A stretch of DNA of 64,000 bases from an uncultured Pelagibacteraceae bacterium (GTDB lineage Bacteria > Pseudomonadota > Alphaproteobacteria > Pelagibacterales > Pelagibacteraceae): positions 391 through 64,390 of the forward strand of contig CACOKG010000001.1 of assembly GCA_902627745.1 (NCBI GenBank), read 5' to 3'. Of this stretch, positions 11,461 through 19,468 are shown piece after piece (positions within the stretch are counted from its first letter, which is position 1; every line of letters begins with the position of its first letter). A program made the position numbers and the translations under genes. The notes below the pieces were generated by a model, which saw only the letters and a list, made by a program, of their open reading frames with translations, made no database searches and had not been told where the DNA came from.

Positions 11461-12420
11461 ATGAACAATTTAAGAAAAATCGGATTATCAGCTTTAGCTG
11501 GTTCTCTAGCGACTTTTTCTGTAAACGCTGCTGACTTTTCAGTAAGCGGTGGCGCGTCAATAACTTTTGACGATCCAAACAGAGGATTTAGCGATAGAGG
11601 AAACGGCTTCTATATGGGTGATAGTCTTACATTCAGTGCATCTGGAGAAACAGATAATGGTGTTGGCGTTGCAGTTAGCTACGAGTTAGATGGTACAGCT
11701 GCTATTGACGACATGAAGATTACATTGTCTGGTGACTGGGGATCGATGGTATTCGATGGTCATGGCGGTTCATCTGCAATGGGTGCAGTGGATGACAAAA
11801 CTCCAAATGCTTATGAAGAAGCTTGGGATATTATCGATACTAACGGTTCTACAGCTGGTGGAGCTCCAACAGTTATTGGTGGTGGCGGTAGTGACGGTAT
11901 GTGGATCTACACAACACCAAGTATGGGCGGAGCAACTGCTACAGTAGCTTACCATAATTCAGGTGGAAGTGCTGCTGCAGAGTCTTACATGGACTTTGCT
12001 GTTGCAATATCTCCAGAGGCTGTTGAAGGCTTAACTCTAGGTTTCGCTGCTGCTGACAATGCAGTTGGAAACAGCATCGATCATGATAAAAACACTATGT
12101 ATGCTACATATGCAATGGGTGCTTTTACAATTGGTGCTCAAATCTCTGACTTAGATGATACTAGAGCTAACTCTGACCAAGAGTCTACTGCTTATGGTGT
12201 TACATATGCAGTTAACGATGATTTCTCAATCGGTTACAGTTACCATGAGTTAGAAACTGAAGTGACTACTGATCAAGATCAAGAGTCAACTGGTGTTTCT
12301 TTCTCATACACTTCAGGTGGAATGACACTTGGTGGTGCTATGAACGAAGTTCAAAACATGGGTGGAACTGCTGCGACTGACAGAGAAGGTTACGAGTTCA
12401 CGTTATCATTTGCATTCTAA
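11461..12420 (+). CDS. Outer-membrane porin (beta-barrel), probably highly expressed
   Basis: Signal peptide ending VNA, Gly/Ser/Thr/Asp-rich amphipathic strands, C-terminal Phe (LSFAF), AAGGAG Shine-Dalgarno, codon usage distinct from neighbours. Confidence 0.88.
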   Translation: MNNLRKIGLSALAGSLATFSVNAADFSVSGGASITFDDPNRGFSDRGNGFYMGDSLTFSASGETDNGVGVAVSYELDGTAAIDDMKITLSGDWGSMVFDGHGGSSAMGAVDDKTPNAYEEAWDIIDTNGSTAGGAPTVIGGGGSDGMWIYTTPSMGGATATVAYHNSGGSAAAESYMDFAVAISPEAVEGLTLGFAAADNAVGNSIDHDKNTMYATYAMGAFTIGAQISDLDDTRANSDQESTAYGVTYAVNDDFSIGYSYHELETEVTTDQDQESTGVSFSYTSGGMTLGGAMNEVQNMGGTAATDREGYEFTLSFAF

Positions 12421-12440
12421 TTTTATTAGAAAACAAATTT

Positions 12441-12472
12441 AAAAAGGGCCCCTTTTTAGGGGCCTTTTTTTT
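12441..12472. terminator. Bidirectional intrinsic terminator
   Basis: AAAAAG-GGCCCCT-TTTT-AGGGGCC-TTTTTTTT between convergent genes. Confidence 0.9.
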
Positions 12473-13001
12473 ATTCAAAAAAAGAAATTCCTGCAAATCC
12501 AGAAATGTTTAATAACCTTAGTTTCTTTATATTTTTTTTTGATATACCCCCTAAAGCAATTATATCTTTTTTTGAATAGTTACACATTAATTTAAATTTA
12601 TTTAATCCAAGAAAATTACTATTTTTTTTAAAGAGTGATGAAATGAATATGCCTTGGACTCTTTGACGTTCTTTTATTTTTATTTCCTTTAGATTATGTG
12701 CAGACCCTAAAATAATAAAATTTGAATAGATTGAGTAGTTTAAATGATCAAATCTATTATAAAAAGACGGCAAATAAACACCATCCAATTTAAATTTCAT
12801 AGCCATTTTGAAATCATTTGCTAATAAAAATTTATTACCTCTTTTTTTAAGAAAAGTTTTAAGTTTTAAAATTTTATTAGTATCGAATTTTGATGATTTA
12901 TAATCTCTATATATAAAAGTGGTTGTTTTATCTTGTTTGTTGATAATATTTGTATCAAAAGAATTTATAAAGTAATATTTTTTCAATAATTTATCATGCA
13001 T
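12471..13001 (-). CDS. Thiamine phosphate synthase (ThiE/TenI)-like TIM-barrel protein
   Basis: DGVYL, GSAHN, IALGGI, GFAGI motifs. ATG at 13001 preferred over the non-ATG start at 13013. Confidence 0.7.
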   Translation of the reverse strand: MHDKLLKKYYFINSFDTNIINKQDKTTTFIYRDYKSSKFDTNKILKLKTFLKKRGNKFLLANDFKMAMKFKLDGVYLPSFYNRFDHLNYSIYSNFIILGSAHNLKEIKIKERQRVQGIFISSLFKKNSNFLGLNKFKLMCNYSKKDIIALGGISKKNIKKLRLLNISGFAGISFFE

Positions 13002-13655
13002 AAAACTATTCAAAATTTAATAGACATTCAAAAAAAAATTGACTCAAGCTTAAAATCTTTAACAATCAACAAAGTACCAAAAATTATTGCAGTATCAAAG
13101 ACTTTTGGAATGGATAAAATATCACCTTTAATAGATCATGGTCACTTGGATTTTGGAGAAAATAAAGTCCAAGAGGCAATAGAAAAATGGAGTGATGTAA
13201 AGTCAAATAATGCGAATATTAAATTACATTTAATAGGGGGTCTGCAAACAAATAAGGTTAAATCAGCTGTTAGGTTATTTGATTTTATTCATTCAGTGGA
13301 TAGTGAAAAACTTGCACAAAAAATATCAAATGAACAACAAAAACAAAAAAAAGAATTAAAATTATTTATTCAAGTAAATATTGGAGATGAACAGCAAAAA
13401 TCTGGCGTAGATAAAGCTTCAGTTTCTAATTTATATTCGTACTGTAAAAGTCTTAATTTAAACGTGGTTGGACTTATGTGTATTCCTCCATTTGAAAAAC
13501 CATCAGAAAAGTTTTTTAAAGAGATGAATATGCTGAATAAAGATTTAAATTTAAACGAATTGAGTATGGGAATGTCTTCTGATTATCTAAATGCAATAAA
13601 AAATTCTGCTACATATGTGAGAATAGGGTCTAACATCTTTGGACAAAGAAGTTAA
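12996..13655 (+). CDS. yggS: PLP homeostasis protein YggS
   Basis: IAVSKT, FGENKVQE, LHLIGGLQTNK, LSMGMSSD, VRIGSNIFG. Confidence 0.96.
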   Translation: MHKTIQNLIDIQKKIDSSLKSLTINKVPKIIAVSKTFGMDKISPLIDHGHLDFGENKVQEAIEKWSDVKSNNANIKLHLIGGLQTNKVKSAVRLFDFIHSVDSEKLAQKISNEQQKQKKELKLFIQVNIGDEQQKSGVDKASVSNLYSYCKSLNLNVVGLMCIPPFEKPSEKFFKEMNMLNKDLNLNELSMGMSSDYLNAIKNSATYVRIGSNIFGQRS

Positions 13656-14146
13656 TTAATTTGAATTTTCGTTTTCTTATCAATTAATTTTAGCATTATC
13701 AAAAAATCTTTTTTTTTCATAGCTATACATCCTGCAGTGGGTTTATAATTATTTGTTAAGTGGATAAAGATACAGCTTCCTCTAAACTTAATCGGCTTTG
13801 AATAATTGTATTTTATTGGAATAAAAAAATCGTACTTGTGATCTTTTCTATGAAGTTTTTCACATTTGATCTTCTTTTTGATAGATATTAGTTTGTTGTA
13901 TTTTTTTTGATTTAAAGGGTCATCGCACCAACCCATATTTTTTTTGATTTCTATACATTTTATTTTAGTTGAAAAATTTCTTACCCTATCTGATCTGTAA
14001 TATAGATGTTCAATTGAAAAACGACCAATGGGTGTTTTTTTATCACCCTCTATTTTTTTTTTACTTAAACCATTTTTTCCAATACAGCATTTGAAATAGA
14101 AATCGTCAATTTGAAGTGTATGTTTATTTTTTAAGTAAATTATCAT
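13652..14146 (-). CDS. L,D-transpeptidase (YkuD-like) family protein
   Basis: EGDKKTPIG, WCDDP, GSCIFIH...PTAGCIA (His/Cys catalytic motif). Confidence 0.85.
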   Translation of the reverse strand: MIIYLKNKHTLQIDDFYFKCCIGKNGLSKKKIEGDKKTPIGRFSIEHLYYRSDRVRNFSTKIKCIEIKKNMGWCDDPLNQKKYNKLISIKKKIKCEKLHRKDHKYDFFIPIKYNYSKPIKFRGSCIFIHLTNNYKPTAGCIAMKKKDFLIMLKLIDKKTKIQIN

Positions 14147-14159
14147 ATGGTTATGTTAT

Positions 14160-14726
14160 ATGAATAATCATAATCTTGCGATCTATGAGCTTGATGAATT
14201 ATATAATATTTTTGTTGAAATTAACAAAGATATAAATTTTAATGTTGAGAAAACTGATCAACATCAATTATCTAATCTAAGTTTAAAATCGAATACATTA
14301 ATTCTAACCAAAAAAGAAATACCTGGTCTAAATAACCAAATAATTTTTGATAAATTTCCTACTTCAATCTTCAAATTATTGGAAAGAATCAATATTGAAT
14401 TTATTAAAAAAAATTTTCATGACCAATCTGAAATTCTAATTGGGGAATACATATTTAATATTAATTCACGAGAAATGTTTTTAAAAAATAACAAACTCAA
14501 ACTTACAGAAAAGGAGATTAGTTCAATAATATATCTCTTCAAAGCCAAAAAACCGGTGAGAATTCAGGAATTACAATCAAAAGTTTGGGGATACCAGTCT
14601 CAGTTAGAAACCCATACTGTCGAAACACATATTTATAGATTAAGAAAAAAAATTCTAAAAGTGTTTAAAGATAATTATTTTATTCTAAGCAACGATAATG
14701 GTTACGAAATTAATAAAAAAAAATAA
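14160..14726 (+). CDS. OmpR-type winged-helix regulator (CenR-like) with a degenerate receiver domain
   Basis: KLTEKE...VWGY...THTVETHIYRLRKK effector domain; the N-terminus lacks clear receiver motifs. Confidence 0.8.
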   Translation: MNNHNLAIYELDELYNIFVEINKDINFNVEKTDQHQLSNLSLKSNTLILTKKEIPGLNNQIIFDKFPTSIFKLLERINIEFIKKNFHDQSEILIGEYIFNINSREMFLKNNKLKLTEKEISSIIYLFKAKKPVRIQELQSKVWGYQSQLETHTVETHIYRLRKKILKVFKDNYFILSNDNGYEINKKK

Positions 14727-14817
14727 ATTTGCAAAAGAGCTTTTTTCTACAAAGTATAAGCCAAGAGTGATTAAACCTAAAAAAGGCAAAGGAAGTTTTA
14801 AAAGAAAAAAGAATTAA
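14698..14817 (+). CDS. arfA: Alternative ribosome-rescue factor ArfA-like peptide (39 aa; not in the ORF track)
   Basis: Manual translation MVTKLIKKNKFAKELFSTKYKPRVIKPKKGKGSFKRKKN*; the KKGKGS[YF]xRK signature is present and the ORF fills the gap exactly. Confidence 0.8.
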   Translation: MVTKLIKKNKFAKELFSTKYKPRVIKPKKGKGSFKRKKN

Positions 14818-15743
14818 AATCTTGCACCAATTTGTTGAATTACTCTTGATGATAATCTAGTTCCCTCTTCTAAACATTTTTCACTAGATAGATTGTTTAT
14901 AAAACCATGCAAATAACCAGCCGCAAAAAGATCGCCAGCGCCTGTTAAATCTCTTATTTTTAAATCTTTTTTTGCTTCAGTTTCAGTTATCTTATCTCCT
15001 ATTATTGATATTGCACCTTTATCTCCACGAGTAACTATAATATGTTTTTTTATTTCTTTTGCAAAATTGATTACTTCTTTAAAACTTTTAGCATCTATTA
15101 GTGACATAATTTCACTCTCATTTGCAAAAGTTAAGTCTAATTTTTCTTTAACTAATTTACAAAAATTTTTTTTATGTCTTTCTACACAAAATAAATCTGA
15201 TAATGACATTGCAACTTTATTTGAATAGTTAATCGCTTTTTCAAATGCTTTTTTTGGCTCACCTTCATCCCATAAATAACCTTCTAAAAAAGTCAATTCA
15301 CTTTTGTTTATCAATTCTCCATTTACATCTTTTTCACTGATTTTTCCTGCTATACCTAAAAAGGTACACATAGTTCTCTCAGAGTCTGGAGTTATTAAAA
15401 TCAAACAAGTACCTGTAGGGAGCTTTTCCTTTTGTTTTGAATAAAGAAATTTTACATTTTCTTTTTTTAATCCTTCCTCGTATTTGTCTCCAAAATTATC
15501 ATCAGATACTTTTCCTATAAATCCAACTTTGTTATTAAGTTGTGATAAACCTACAATAGAGTTAGCGACCGATCCTCCCGAGATTGTTTTTTCAATTCTT
15601 AAGCCACTTAAAATATTTTTAAACTCTATTTCATCGAAAATTAATTTCATAGTTCCTTTGGTAAGTTTATTTTTTGTAATAAAATTTTCTTCTACTCTGC
15701 AGATAACATCTACTATCGCATTACCAATCCCAAGTACTTTCAT
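14814..15743 (-). CDS. PfkB-family (adenosine kinase-like) kinase
   Basis: GIGNAIVD, GGSVAN, DLTGAGDLFAAG. Start set at MKVLG (15743). Confidence 0.9.
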   Translation of the reverse strand: MKVLGIGNAIVDVICRVEENFITKNKLTKGTMKLIFDEIEFKNILSGLRIEKTISGGSVANSIVGLSQLNNKVGFIGKVSDDNFGDKYEEGLKKENVKFLYSKQKEKLPTGTCLILITPDSERTMCTFLGIAGKISEKDVNGELINKSELTFLEGYLWDEGEPKKAFEKAINYSNKVAMSLSDLFCVERHKKNFCKLVKEKLDLTFANESEIMSLIDAKSFKEVINFAKEIKKHIIVTRGDKGAISIIGDKITETEAKKDLKIRDLTGAGDLFAAGYLHGFINNLSSEKCLEEGTRLSSRVIQQIGARF

Positions 15744-15744
15744 A

Positions 15745-16398
15745 TTATGCTTTTTTTGTTTTAATTGGTTTTTTTCTTTTAGGATAACAACTAGTACAAA
15801 TTTTACAAGATATCCCAAAACATTCTCTGGCTTTACAATATTCTCTTCCATAATATATAATTTGCAAATGAAGTTTGTTCCAATTTTTTTTAGGAAATAA
15901 TTTTTTTAAATCTTGTTCAGTTTGAACGACATTCTTTCCATTGGTTAAACCCCATCTTTGTGCCAATCTATGTATGTGTGTATCGACCGGAAAAGCAGGG
16001 TATCCAAAACCTTGAGACATGACAACACTAGCAGTTTTATGTCCAACACCAGGGAGATTTTCTAATTCCTCAAATGTCCTTGGTACCTTACCATTGTACT
16101 TATCAATTAATATTTTTGATAAATGATAGATACTTTTAGCTTTCACGCGAAAAATTCCTATCTTCTTTATTAATTTTTCAATTTTTTTTCTTCCTAATTT
16201 AACAAAGTGTTTAGGTTTATAAAATTTTGGATATATATTTTTAGTGACATTATTTACATTCACATCTGTACATTGTGCAGAAAGTAATACAGAAACCAAA
16301 AGAGTAAAAACATTTCTGCTTTTAAGAGGAACAACTATTTTTGGATAAGTTTTGTTTAGAATTTTTAGTATTAATTTTGCCCTTTGAATTTCGCTCAT
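15745..16398 (-). CDS. nth: Endonuclease III
   Basis: LLSAQCTD, HhH LPGVGHKTA, VDTHIHR, C-x6-C-x2-C Fe-S cysteines. Confidence 0.95.
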   Translation of the reverse strand: MSEIQRAKLILKILNKTYPKIVVPLKSRNVFTLLVSVLLSAQCTDVNVNNVTKNIYPKFYKPKHFVKLGRKKIEKLIKKIGIFRVKAKSIYHLSKILIDKYNGKVPRTFEELENLPGVGHKTASVVMSQGFGYPAFPVDTHIHRLAQRWGLTNGKNVVQTEQDLKKLFPKKNWNKLHLQIIYYGREYCKARECFGISCKICTSCYPKRKKPIKTKKA

Positions 16399-17174
16399 TT
16401 ATTGAAATTCATGAGATCTCTCATGGAATAAAGACCTGCCTTTTTATTCATGAGCCATTTTGCTGCTAACAAAGCTCCCTCAGAGTAAAGTGCCCTGTCA
16501 TAAGCTTCATGATTTAAGGTAATTATTTCTTTACCACTTGAAAATTTTACTTCGTGTTCTCCAATAACCTTTCCTCTTCGAATAGAGTTAAAATTTATTT
16601 TTTTACTATATGGAAAAGTTTTCTTATTTAAATATTTTTTACCCAATAAAGTATAAAAATTTTTTTTCTTTCCTATGGCAATTCCTTTACCCAACATTAA
16701 TGCTGTCCCCGATGGATAATCTTTTTTATGTTTGTGATGAATTTCAAAAATTTTACTCAAGAAATTTTTTCCCAATGAACTTGAGGCAATTTCTGTTAAA
16801 TACATTAATAGATTAATACCCAAACTCATATTCCCTGCTTTTAAAATTGGTATTTTTTTTGAAAACTTTTTAATAAGAATTTCTTCTTTTTTATTAAAAC
16901 CAGTTGTTCCTATTACAACTCTTTTTTTTAATTTAACCGCTAACTCTAAAACTTCAAATGTACATTTAGGAATCGTAAAATCAATTATTAGGTTTGCATT
17001 TTTAAACGAGTCTTCATTGTTAACACTAAGTTTAATACCATTAATTTTTTTGTTCATATGTTTGTTTTCTGTCAAGGATACTATTTTAAACAAACTATTA
17101 GATTTTACAGTCCTAATTATCTGTTGGCCCATTCGACCCATACATCCTGTTATGGCTAGATTTATTTTTTTCAT
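16395..17174 (-). CDS. dapB: 4-hydroxy-tetrahydrodipicolinate reductase
   Basis: GCMGRMG, IDFT, VIGTTG, EIHHKHKKDYPSGTA. Confidence 0.96.
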   Translation of the reverse strand: MKKINLAITGCMGRMGQQIIRTVKSNSLFKIVSLTENKHMNKKINGIKLSVNNEDSFKNANLIIDFTIPKCTFEVLELAVKLKKRVVIGTTGFNKKEEILIKKFSKKIPILKAGNMSLGINLLMYLTEIASSSLGKNFLSKIFEIHHKHKKDYPSGTALMLGKGIAIGKKKNFYTLLGKKYLNKKTFPYSKKINFNSIRRGKVIGEHEVKFSSGKEIITLNHEAYDRALYSEGALLAAKWLMNKKAGLYSMRDLMNFNK

Positions 17175-17186
17175 TTAAAAATAATT

Positions 17187-17909
17187 TTAAGATTTAAACG
17201 AATATAATATTATTGCCTTTAGGGCAATAAATGCATCTTTTAAACCAATCTTTTTTCCATCCTCATATGATCTACCATTGTAAGTAATTGGTACCTCATA
17301 AAACTTAAATCCTTTTTTGGATAATTTGATCGTGATTTCTGGTTCAAATGCAAAAGTTTTTTCTTGAAGAGTTATACTTTTTAAAATTGAGCTTTTAAAA
17401 ACCTTGTATCCAGTTTCCATATCAGTCAAATTTAAATTTATCAATGAATTACAAAAAAAAGTTAAAATTTTATTTGCTAGATAATGCCAAAAAAAATGAA
17501 TTCTAGTGTATTTACCTCCACCTAAAAATCGAGAACCATAAACAACGTCTGCATTTGTTTCAAAAAAGGGAAGCAATAATTTGTTATAATCATATGGATC
17601 ATATTCAAGATCTGCATCTTGAATAATTGTAATATCTCCCGTTATGTGTTGAATTGCAGTTTGAATTGCGGCTCCCTTACCTAGATTTTTTTCATGAAAA
17701 AAAACAACAGTTTTTTCTTTATTCTTTATTTCATTTAACAATTCTTTTGTTCCATCATCTGAGGAGTCATCAACGATGATAATTTCATAATCAACAATTT
17801 TATAGTTGTTAAGACTTTCAATTATTTTTTTTAAAATAGCCTGAATTGTTTTTTTTTCATTATAACAAGGAATGATTACTGAAAGTTTGAAATTTTTTCT
17901 ATCAATCAT
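17187..17909 (-). CDS. GT2 glycosyltransferase, DPM1 / polyprenyl-phosphate glycosyltransferase-like
   Basis: SVIIPCYNE, VDDSSDDGT, NLGKGAA, QDADLEYDP, VYGSRF, TDMETGYK. Confidence 0.9.
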   Translation of the reverse strand: MIDRKNFKLSVIIPCYNEKKTIQAILKKIIESLNNYKIVDYEIIIVDDSSDDGTKELLNEIKNKEKTVVFFHEKNLGKGAAIQTAIQHITGDITIIQDADLEYDPYDYNKLLLPFFETNADVVYGSRFLGGGKYTRIHFFWHYLANKILTFFCNSLINLNLTDMETGYKVFKSSILKSITLQEKTFAFEPEITIKLSKKGFKFYEVPITYNGRSYEDGKKIGLKDAFIALKAIILYSFKS

Positions 17910-18165
17910 CTTTTAACTTTTTATTGTGAATATCTTCATTTTGTTTTTTTTTATTTTTTATTTTTTTAATTACTATTCTTAAAGGGTATATGATAATTCC
18001 AAATATTGAGATAATCCCAATAAATATGTAAGCTATTATTGTCCCTAGCATTGGAAGGAGTGGTCCCAATCCTATATAAGCGTGTGCATTAGTAAATGTT
18101 ATTAAGACAATAAGAATCTGTAATAAAAGTATTTTAATCAATAAATTTGAGTTTATCTTTTTCAT
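17902..18165 (-). CDS. Small membrane protein: signal peptide, one TM helix, basic tail
   Basis: Hydrophobic N-terminus ending AHA|YIGLGP, second hydrophobic helix, Lys-rich tail; overlaps both neighbours. Confidence 0.7.
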   Translation of the reverse strand: MKKINSNLLIKILLLQILIVLITFTNAHAYIGLGPLLPMLGTIIAYIFIGIISIFGIIIYPLRIVIKKIKNKKKQNEDIHNKKLKDD

Positions 18166-19468
18166 AAAAATCACCTATATATATACCATCTTTCTTAAAG
18201 GAAAGATTCTTATCATAGCGATTTGATGGATAAAAAAAATCGAAATTTGAAGAATAAAGATATTTTCGTTTACAATTTTTAAAAAAATCATTTTCACAAA
18301 TAATTTTGAATATTTCTCCTTGGCTTGAACTTTGTACAAATAGATCATTACCTAAAAATTGAAGTCTGCCTCTAGTCGGACTAGCAAAATTTTCAGCTTC
18401 GAAAATGCTAGCAATGCTATTATCCTCTAAATTAATTTTGACAATTTTTGAATTTTTGGAACTAAAATTATTATTATCAAATACATACAAAAATCCATCC
18501 TGATGTAATCTTGGTGAGTGTTGTTTTGCAAAAAGATCAACCACAATATGATTAATATTATTATTGTCTAAGTCGTAAAATAAAATCATATCTAGAGACC
18601 TAAATGATAATATTAATATATTCTCAGACGTGAGAGAAATTTTTTTATTTATTAAGTTTATTTCATTTACACCTAGTTTTTGAATATCATTTAAATGAAG
18701 AGGATCGACACAAACCTCATCATCACTTAAAATTTTTCTATCTAAAACATTTTTAAATTCGTCATTTTTAATTAAAATTTCTATTAAACTAAAATTACTG
18801 ATTACCTTACCATTCAAACTGTTTAAAATTAATATGGTATCAAAAGCTGAATTTTTAATGTTACAATTTCTTAGCTCACTATTTTTTAAATCTCCATTTA
18901 AATCATTTGGTAAAGAGACAAATTTTCTTGAGGGAATAAATATTTTATTCTTCTCAACATCTACCCAATGATGATTTAAGCTATTGTTTCTCCAAACAAT
19001 ATTTCCAAATTTGTCTATTCGATAAATACCTTTTGTCTCAAATTTACCAATTAATAAATCCCCATTTTCAAATAAGTGGTAAGGAATAATTTTAGAATTA
19101 TTCCTGAAATTCGATAAGTCCCATGACCATATTACTTTATCAGGAGTTTCCATTAAAATAGGTTGAGTTTGATCATGTTTTACCAATAGATAATGATCAA
19201 ATTTTTCCTTAGGTCTATTGTCAAAATTAAAATTTGAATTAAAGCCAGATTTATTTTTGTCTAAAACTAAACTTTTTCTTGTATCTCTATCACCAAATTT
19301 TTTTTTTAAATTTATATTTAATCTTGTTTCAACATCATTAATAATAAAAGATAATCCTTCGTGAATTCTTTTTAATTTTAGATCATTACTTAAAAATCCA
19401 AGTAAAAAGATAAAAAATAATATTGATAATATAAAACAGAACTTTAAAAGTTTATCTATAATGTCCAT
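18134..19468 (-). CDS. Arylsulfotransferase (ASST)-family protein with an N-terminal membrane anchor
   Basis: NHH, DPLHLND, LSFR, KQHSP and FDN occur in ASST order; WSW and IVW beta-propeller-like segments. Confidence 0.8.
   Translation of the reverse strand: MDIIDKLLKFCFILSILFFIFLLGFLSNDLKLKRIHEGLSFIINDVETRLNINLKKKFGDRDTRKSLVLDKNKSGFNSNFNFDNRPKEKFDHYLLVKHDQTQPILMETPDKVIWSWDLSNFRNNSKIIPYHLFENGDLLIGKFETKGIYRIDKFGNIVWRNNSLNHHWVDVEKNKIFIPSRKFVSLPNDLNGDLKNSELRNCNIKNSAFDTILILNSLNGKVISNFSLIEILIKNDEFKNVLDRKILSDDEVCVDPLHLNDIQKLGVNEINLINKKISLTSENILILSFRSLDMILFYDLDNNNINHIVVDLFAKQHSPRLHQDGFLYVFDNNNFSSKNSKIVKINLEDNSIASIFEAENFASPTRGRLQFLGNDLFVQSSSQGEIFKIICENDFFKNCKRKYLYSSNFDFFYPSNRYDKNLSFKKDGIYIGDFYEKDKLKFID

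Noticed and set aside
15744-15851. N-terminal extensions in the ORF track for pfkB (also metK, nusA, fabA, ubiB, tsaB and the FkbM gene)
   Set aside because: They overlap neighbouring genes or regulatory elements; downstream starts match the family N-termini better.
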